NCBI RefSeq assembly: GCF_009914755.1
Contig: NC_060927.1
Length of the DNA stretch: 64,000 nucleotides
Direction: 5' to 3' (one strand)
From: the human T2T-CHM13v2.0 reference genome, Homo sapiens
Position 1 is the first letter of the stretch; the number at the start of each line of letters is the position of its first letter. Made by a program: the position numbers and the translations under genes. A model generated the notes under the pieces. That model was not told the DNA's origin. It saw only the letters and a list, made by a program, of their open reading frames with translations, and made no database searches. Of this stretch, positions 55,475 through 64,000 are shown in pieces.

Positions 55475-57842
55475 CTGCAACAAGAAAGCACATAATTTAG
55501 CAGGGGAAGAAACTGGCAACAATATCTGAGATAATCCTGGCAGAACGTTTCCCACTCTTCACCCCTACAACAGCCTCTCCACCACTCTCAATGGTTGGGG
55601 TTGGGTGGGAGTGGGGAGGGGGTAAGGGGAAGAAACACAGAGGAAGGACAAAGGAAACAGAAAGATAAACTATGTCCTGCAAGTGCATCTGAGAAGAGGC
55701 CTCTTTCAAAATATGTCACGTATATGTATAAATGTTTCTTGATATACAAAAAAGGAAATTGAAGGGAAATATGCCAAAATGTTCCAGTGATTATTTCCAC
55801 ATAATCGGACTATATGTCAACTTTTATTCTCTCTACGCTTTTCTACAATGATGATGTTTTTAAAATTATTTTTTAACTTGATTTTATGGAGATTAAAGAA
55901 TTAAAGGTGGTTAAGATATCAGAGAACTTAGCATGCACTTAAAAACCAACCAAACATAAATGTGACAGTCATCCATTTGTCTATTTACTGCCCTGGGGAA
56001 CAGGTATCCAGAAGCACCCCAAGGTTTCTCACTGTCCCAGTGAGGGGCCCAGAGTGTGGATACAACTGCATCCTGGGAAGCAACAGTGCAATGAGTGAGA
56101 AGGGGGATCCCTCCCACACTACTGCTTCAGATGAGGACTTTCTTCCCTGCTGATGCTCAACTTTGTGTGCCTGTGCCATTATCATTCACATATGGCCTGT
56201 GAGTGCTTCTGGGTTTCCAGCCACATGAGCTCAGCTATCTGGGAAATATGGCAGGGAGAGGAAAGATCAAACATACACACACACACTCGTGTACACACAA
56301 GTCACCTTGTATATATATCCTGAGCTGTCTCATTTGGTGGTTGATATGCAGCATTTTTCGAGTCACGCCGACTAACAAGAATGCCAAAGATCCCAGTGTC
56401 TGCACAGGTAGCCAGCTATTTCAAGCCATCGTTAAGTAGTGCAAATGAAATATGTGGCTTGGATGAACTCTGCTAATTCATACTCTGAGGACTTTGGTGT
56501 AACCCTTCTGGTTAAGAAACTTGAATCGGGGCAAAAAAATGACTTTTGCAGAGCCAGAAAGTTAGGGAGTTCCTAGAGCAGATCATATTACTCATTCTGG
56601 CACATAAACTCTCTGCAAACTTTGTATGAAAATTGTAAGTCAGAGCACGCTTTCTGTTTCATGAGCTGTGCATAGCTCTAATTCTTTTGTGCATTAAGCA
56701 TTTCTTAATCATCCTTTTAAAGGGCTGACCAATATATTAAAAGGCCACATGATTAAAAGGTAAAGAGAAACCCTAAGTAGTATTAAAATGCACCAGTCTT
56801 TTGTTTTGTTTTGTTTTACAGATGAAAAATAATTACAGTGAATGTCTGATGTCCTTGATGTTTTTCCAAGATAAAGTAGCAAAGAACAGTCATTTATTCA
56901 GTTGTGAGAAAGATTTCCAGCTGGGCAGCAGGTCACAAGGCAGAATACAATGCCCCACAATTGCAGCAAACTGCTTTTGGGTAAGGTTTATGCTGGAGAC
57001 AAGAGAATTCTCAAAAAGTGTAGCCATTCTTTCAATCAAACAATCCATTCACCAGGAGGCCTAAATGGCTTTAAGGAAAAAAAGAAAAACAACAAGGAAA
57101 CCTCAAGTGACACCGCCAGCATTTAGAAATGCAGATGATCCCTTCTGGGGGGGCAAAGAAGCATATGCTTTAAAAATAAAAATAAAAAACGAATCCTGGC
57201 TTCCAGCAATGAGCCAATCTGGGCTGCCACCCACTGTGAGATGATCCCTGGCCAGTCCTCCCTCACCTGGACAGTCACAGCGGCCCTTACCCTTCTCCAG
57301 CTTCCTCTTACAGCACCCAACTCTGCGCTTTCAACGCAGCAGCCAACAACAGCGCCATTTCAATGGTGACATCCAGTCCATAGTGCATTCCCGTTTACAG
57401 TTTACAACTCCTGTTTACAACCCTGTTTATAATCCCGTTGCCCTGAGAATGCAGGACTGATGGACTCCTGGCCATACTGGCGAGGCCCCATCTGGCCTCT
57501 CTCTCTGCAGTCCTGTACTTAACGCTGACATTCCACTCTTTATGTTCCACCAAAGCTGAGCTTGCTTCTGCAGCCCTAAAAATTTATTTTCTCCCCATCT
57601 CACAAGCGTGTCTCTCTATCTAACATGATTTACACCAGCTCTTTATCTGATCGATCCCTGTTTATTCCTCAGTTTCAGCTTGGATGTCATGTCTTCCCAA
57701 GAAGCCTTTCTTGACCCTCTCGGATGTGATATAGAGTGGGAAGTCTCACATATACTGCAGAGTCCCCTTCTGATGAATTGTCTAGACTTGTACATCCAAT
57801 AGAGCGTGTGTGCATGTATGTATATATATATATATACATATC

Positions 57843-58134
57843 TTTTATTTTAAGGCAGGGTCTTGCTGTGTCACCCAGGCTGGAGTGCAGTGGTGTGATC
57901 ATGGCTCACAGCAGCCTCGACCTCCTGGAATCAAGCAATCCTCCTAGCTCAGCCCCTCAAGGAGCTAGGACTACAGGCACATGCCACCATGTCTGGCTAA
58001 TTTTTGTATTTTTTTACAGAGATGTGTTCTCACTATGTTGCCCAGGCTCGTCTCAAACTCTTGGGCTCAAGTGATCCACCTGCCTCAGGCTCCCAAAGTG
58101 CTGGGATTACAGGAATGAGCCACTAAACCCAGCC
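57843..58134 (-). mobile_element. AluJ-like, with a (TA)n-derived tail
   Basis: Antisense dimer. Confidence 0.9.
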
Positions 58135-58199
58135 TACCCGTTTAGAGAGTACCTCAGGTAGGCAGAATCCTTAAATCTACTCCTTATCCAAGATTCCCT

Positions 58200-59131
58200 A
58201 TCCGAATCCCTGGCACAGGGAGTGAGAACGTTTCAGACCACGTTTACTATAAAGTTACCTTACAGATGTAGTTACTAATCAGTTGACTTCAAATTAGTCT
58301 AAAGGGAGATTATCAACTAAGCGAGGTGGCACATGCCTGTAATCCTAGCACTTTGTGAGGCTGAGGTGGGTGGATATTTTGAGCCCAGAAATTGGAGACC
58401 AACCTGGGCAACATGGCAAAAACCCGTCTCCACAAAAAAAGTTAAAAATTAGCTGGGTGTGGTGGATGCCCCTTTGGTACCAGCTATTTGAGAAGCTGAG
58501 GTGGGAGGATCAACTGAACTGGGGAGGTCGAGGCTGCAGTAAGCCGTGATTGTGCCACTCCAGCCTGCCAATCCAGTAAGCTGGGATTGTGCCACTCCAG
58601 CCGTGATTGTGCCACTCCAGACAAGAGTAAGACCTTGTCTAAAATAAAAAATAAAATTTTTTAAAAAAGGGTGGATCTGAGTGGACCTAATTTAATGACA
58701 GACGCCCTTTAATAGCAGAGACTTTTATTTGCTGTAGCAGAAGAGAAAGTTAGGGAAATCTGAAACCAGAGGGATTGGCTGTGCTGTGATGGAGGGAGCC
58801 AGGGGCAAGGACCTGAGAGCTTCCTATAGGATGTGAGAATGTCACCCAGGTGACTGTCAGCAAGGGAACAGGGACCACAGACCTACAACCACGAGGAAAT
58901 GAATTCTGCCAAAAACCCGAAGGAGCTTGAAGGTGGATGCTTCCTGGAGCCTTCAGATTAAAGTCCAGCTAAGTCCACCTTGACTTTGGCTTTATGAGAT
59001 CCTAAGCAGAGAACCCAGTTGAGCCCATCTGGACTTCTGACCTATGCACAAAACTGTAAGCTAATAAATGGGTGCTATTTTCACCACCATATTTATGGTA
59101 ATTTGCTATGTAGCCAAAGAAGACTAATGCA
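58200..59131 (+). mobile_element. MLT1-type LTR interrupted by an AluJ-like element (58318-58652)
   Basis: aaagggagattatc [Alu] ...ctacaaccacgaggaaatgaattctgccaa...gtaatttgctatgtagc...actaatgca. Confidence 0.75.
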
Positions 59132-59544
59132 GCACCACGCTGGGTCAGGCAGTGTGCTTGATGCCAGGAATATAATAGTGAGAAAAACAGACAAGGTCCA
59201 TGCTTTCATGGAGCCTGTATTCTTGGGAGGAAGACAGAAACAAATAGACACACAGATCAATAAATGAATGAGAATGTAAACATTTGCACCATGAAGAAAA
59301 GGAACGGGGAACTGTGATAGGGATGCCTAAGATTTATTAAGTGACTGATGACAATTATGACGTCAATCTTTATTTTCTTTTGATAGGAAAAGATGTCCGT
59401 CCACAACTTTTCAGTGGAAAAAGCAGATTACCATTTTATATGCATAGCTTCATCTCATTTTTGCATCAACATGCACATAAACAAACATTTGCAAGTGTAT
59501 ACATTAGAATATTATTAATATTTATCTCTGGGTGGTGGTTTTAA

Positions 59545-59802
<258 letters not shown>

Positions 59803-61358
59803 TAAATAGTATCATACTAAAATATAAAGCTATTTTCTTTGTGGGGAGAAACCAGTATTGGGTGGGACTGCTGCTCTTGACTTGGTTCTAGGTGGGGGTG
59901 TGTGAGGGGCGGGGTGGGTGACTGAGCACAGCAGTAAGATTCCGCCCCAGGACAGACGCCCCAGGGAGAGCAGGCTATAAACGTGTGGTGTCTCACAAAT
60001 ATTCCTTCAGACTGTTTTTCTTTGGAATAAAGACACCTGCCCGATTATGGCTTTCTTCTCCTGCCCTTTCAGTAGTGATTTGCAGAAACAGGCTGGGAGA
60101 AAGGGGTCTTTGGTAAACACGGAGGGGTTAAAGGGGAAACTGTTTAATAACAGTAGTAAAACGCAGGCTATTTTTGACATCTGGGTTAATGTCCATTATG
60201 TTCCATGTGCTTTCCAAATGTGTGCAGTGTGCCCCCAGGTACAAAAACAGACACCCATTCACGACGGCTTCAGATGCCCCTAACACGCTGCACGTGGTGC
60301 CCACATAAAAGGCAAGCCCCTGATAGACTAATTAACAACGGTTGGAGGAGAAGAGCTGCTCCTTCTGGGGGCAGCGGGCATCCTGCAGAACAGCTCCATG
60401 AAGCCACTCTGCTCACAGGAAAACCCAATAGAGTCGTTTCTGCTAAAAAAAAAAAACAAACAAAAAACCAAAACTATAACTACATCTGTGTTATTACTTA
60501 ACATCTTTAAAAACGGGGTGGAATGGGTTTCCCGTTTTCCTCATGAAGATTTATTTATTATTGTTGTGATCAAAGTGGCAACAAATTATGTTAAATCATT
60601 TAATTTTCTTGATAGAAGCAACCACCTTGAAACCATAATTCAAAAAATATGAGTGGAGAGCAACATTTTACCTTGAGAGTGGACTCCTACAGCTCCACGG
60701 GGCAATAAAATGTAACACTTCAGAACCCAAAGGGCTGGGGGCTGGGATGGGGGTGGGGCGGGGCCAGCCCTGTGCTCAGAATTGCACACTGCTGTTAGGG
60801 ATGACGGAGTTTGCTGGGAGGAGGCAGTGGAGGGACTTGGTATTTCAACTTTGGTTTCTGTGCACGGGGTATAACTCATCCATAACGTTTTAAATGAAGG
60901 GATTCAAATGAATATAGGCTGTGTACATCAAAATGGCAGCACAGACTGCTATGTCTCCGTAGGATTTATTTTTGTCATTATTATTGTGGTCAGAATTATT
61001 AACAGGTACCATTTGTTGCGTGCTATCTGCCACCACCCTCTGTGTTTTGCATTAATTATCTGAAACCAGCTCGATAGCACTGAGGTACTGATGCAGTTGG
61101 TTAATAGCCCCTCATGCAGATGAGGAAACGAAAGCTTAGAAGAACTGGATGCTTTTGGTAAAATTCCCCAGCTCCCTGGGGCCTCATTTGAATCCAGGTC
61201 TTTTGGACTCCAGCGACCATTCTCTCCAGAGACCATTGCCTCCTTGAGGCAAGCATTTCCTAAACCTGTCTTTTGTGTCCTACTTTTCCCATTTTTGTAA
61301 CCTCTCCACAATACCTGTGATATGTAACTAACATTTTTTTAAAAATTATCTAAAAACT

Positions 61359-61684
<326 letters not shown>

Positions 61685-62172
61685 CTAAATGTTTCCTTTT
61701 TAAAGAAATATTTATTTTGCTGCCATAATAGAACCATTATCTGTCTAATATGCACTATGATAATTGCATGGCTATTAAAGTAAAAGTGCTTGTTCACAGA
61801 ACACCTAAAACTATCTCCTGGATATGCTCTCCTTGCCTTCAATCAGCCTTGCCTGCAAGATGGTTCCCAGCGCCCAGCCATGGCCTTCTCCCCACTGGCA
61901 GAACCAGGCACGAGTCGGCTGGTCTTGCATATACTCTGGCCACCGGCCAGCCCCAGCACCACCCTAGTCTACATTTTGGGCTTTTGTCTTCTCAAGGGCA
62001 GAAAGCAGTGAAATAAAAGATCAGATATCTGCCATTTAACACAAGCATTAGGTACTCTATGCACTTTTTAAAGCATTGGTTGAGTAGAAATGTATTTGAT
62101 TGTTTTTCCTCAAAAGAATACCTTCTTTAACAGGAGAGACTGCCCATGGCCAAAGGTCTTTGTCACTCTACT

Positions 62173-62389
62173 CCAAGGTTTCTCCATCTTGGTACTACGG
62201 CCATGTGGGGCTGGATGATTCTTTGCTGTGGGGGCTGCCCTGTGCATGGTAGGATGTTTAGCAGCATGCCAAGCCACTGCCCACTAGATGCCAGCAGCAC
62301 TGCCCCTCTCCCAGTCATGCAATCAAAAATGTCTCAGGACATGGCCAAATATCCCTGGGAGATAAAATTGCTCCACTTGACAACCACTG
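62173..62389 (-). mobile_element. MER20 (third copy)
   Basis: Reverse-strand match to MER20 (cccactagatgccagcagc; aaaaatgtctc; gacaaccactg). Confidence 0.8.
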
Positions 62390-63953
62390 GCCTAGTCAAT
62401 TGTTACTGTACACAATTGGTTGACTGTGCTGTTTTAAGCAGTGATATGTTGGTAGATATGTACAGTATATGCATACATGCATCTACCAACCTATATAAGA
62501 TATGAACACTTTTGGAGAAATAAAGATTAATTTCTAAGCTGCTTTCATATTATTTCAGAAACAGTTGCATAGATTGAAAAGTCCTGTGGAAATAGGTAGG
62601 TACAACCTCAGTAATAAAAATAATGAAAATGTACAACTTTTCTGACATAAAAACAGAAATGCTACAATCCTGAGATAGCGAGACACCTAAGACACTTGCT
62701 GAGTTAAGTGAAAAGGTGAAATCTAGTTTAAATTTATAGCATTCCTTCAGTGTCCCTCTAGGAGTTTGGCATTTTGCCAAGCTTCCTTGTTAAAAATTTG
62801 TTAAACGTGTTTGGCATTAATGCAAACACAAAGTGGTCATTTGTTACAAATTCTATTGGAATGCATTCATTTAAGGCAATGAAGTAGTTACTAGAAAAGA
62901 AAAAAAAAGTTCATTAAGTACATTTTAAAAATACAATGATGTATGCAGTGTGTAACTGTGGCGCCCTGGTGGCTATATAAATCGCTGACAGAATAACCAC
63001 ACGTTGTGTTTAGTTTGAAATTAGAATCTTTTAAACACAACCGATAGAACAAAAACTGGTTTTGTTTGTTGTCAAAACTAATGATAGTCTTTCTTTTCTG
63101 AACTAGTTAAAATAACCAAAGGTTTGGAATACAATTTCTAACATCTCAAATCAGTGTAACATACAGGTTAAAAGAATGCTTTGGGAATCTTTGCGGGTGC
63201 CACTACTGACATCAGAGATGGGGGCTGATCCAACAAACAGAACACCTGCACTCTGGAAAGAGGGGGATGTCCGAGTCATCCTGGAGAACCCCACTTGGGT
63301 AGCGCCGGTACCTCTGCTCTCTGAGCTGCCTGAGGTTATTAGGTTACCTGCAGAGGGAAAACTGTGGCTTTCATCACAGAGACAATGGTATCCTATGAAC
63401 AAATATCCTAAGCCTGTGTCTAGAACTCCCACTCCCTGTCCTGCCCTAAACTGTTCACACAAAGGAATTATTGCTGAGTAATAGTGATTCCTGAGCTTGC
63501 TGAAGAAACAGTTCTGAAGCTCAGCTCCATGAGAAAGGGGATACTTGACATCATCTGAAATGTAGCCCTGCCACATGGCTGGCTATGGATGTTAATGTGG
63601 AATACCTCATCCCAGGGCCCATTGATGCTGGCTAAAAATCATTGTTAAAGGTGAATGAAAAAACTCACCATTTCCAAGAAGTATTCAGAAATGATTTACT
63701 ACTTTCTTCTTCCCTTTCTCTCTCACACGCTGACATATTTAATACTTAGTACCATGAAAGTGTCCAGATAATAGAATTCCAGTGGTCCTGAGACCCTGGG
63801 ACCAGATCAAATTCCCATGGCTCCCAAACTTCCTTATATTGATCTCTTCTGCCATCTGGGTTTGATATTATCTAGGCTGCCCTTGAAGCAGATGGATCCA
63901 GGATCTCTTGATCCCAATCTCTGGAAACATTCTCCTAGTTAAGGGTAAATTTA

Positions 63954-64000
63954 GGCTGGACATCATGGTTCATGCCTGTAATCCCAGAGCTTTGGGAGAC
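63954..64000 (+). mobile_element. Alu 5' end, cut by the window edge
   Basis: ggctgga...catgcctgtaatcccagagctttgggag. Confidence 0.75.

Noticed and set aside
62955-62978. CTCF-like GCCACCAGGGCGCCA
   Set aside because: The core G-run is short relative to consensus, so it is too weak to call without ChIP data.

Overview
Human genomic DNA (Alu, MIR, L1, L2, MaLR and MER20 repeats). It contains the complete WNT5A gene on the minus strand. The five coding exons (6+134+251+293+459 = 1143 nt) have GT-AG junctions and give the intact 380-aa protein. The gene also has a CpG-island promoter A (~31.5 kb), an intronic promoter B/exon 1b (~25.6 kb) and a ~4.4-kb AU-rich 3'UTR ending at ~9921. The right part holds a minus-strand terminal exon (~52510-55474) and upstream intron, which I assign to ERC2 from recalled 3p14.3 synteny. 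Best leads: (1) a solo THE1 LTR 18 kb upstream, oriented toward WNT5A, whose TATA, CCACC-ATG-ATA and GTAAGT donor copy the native 6-nt first coding exon, so it could encode full-length WNT5A; (2) two more in-frame candidate first exons; (3) an 18-codon uORF created by the exon 1b/exon 2 splice; (4) an open intron-4 read-through with a hydrophobic segment, followed by AATAAA; (5) a 43-nt L1 capture inside a repair-like scar. Repeat subfamily names and boundaries were assigned by eye and are approximate. Nothing here was checked against a database.
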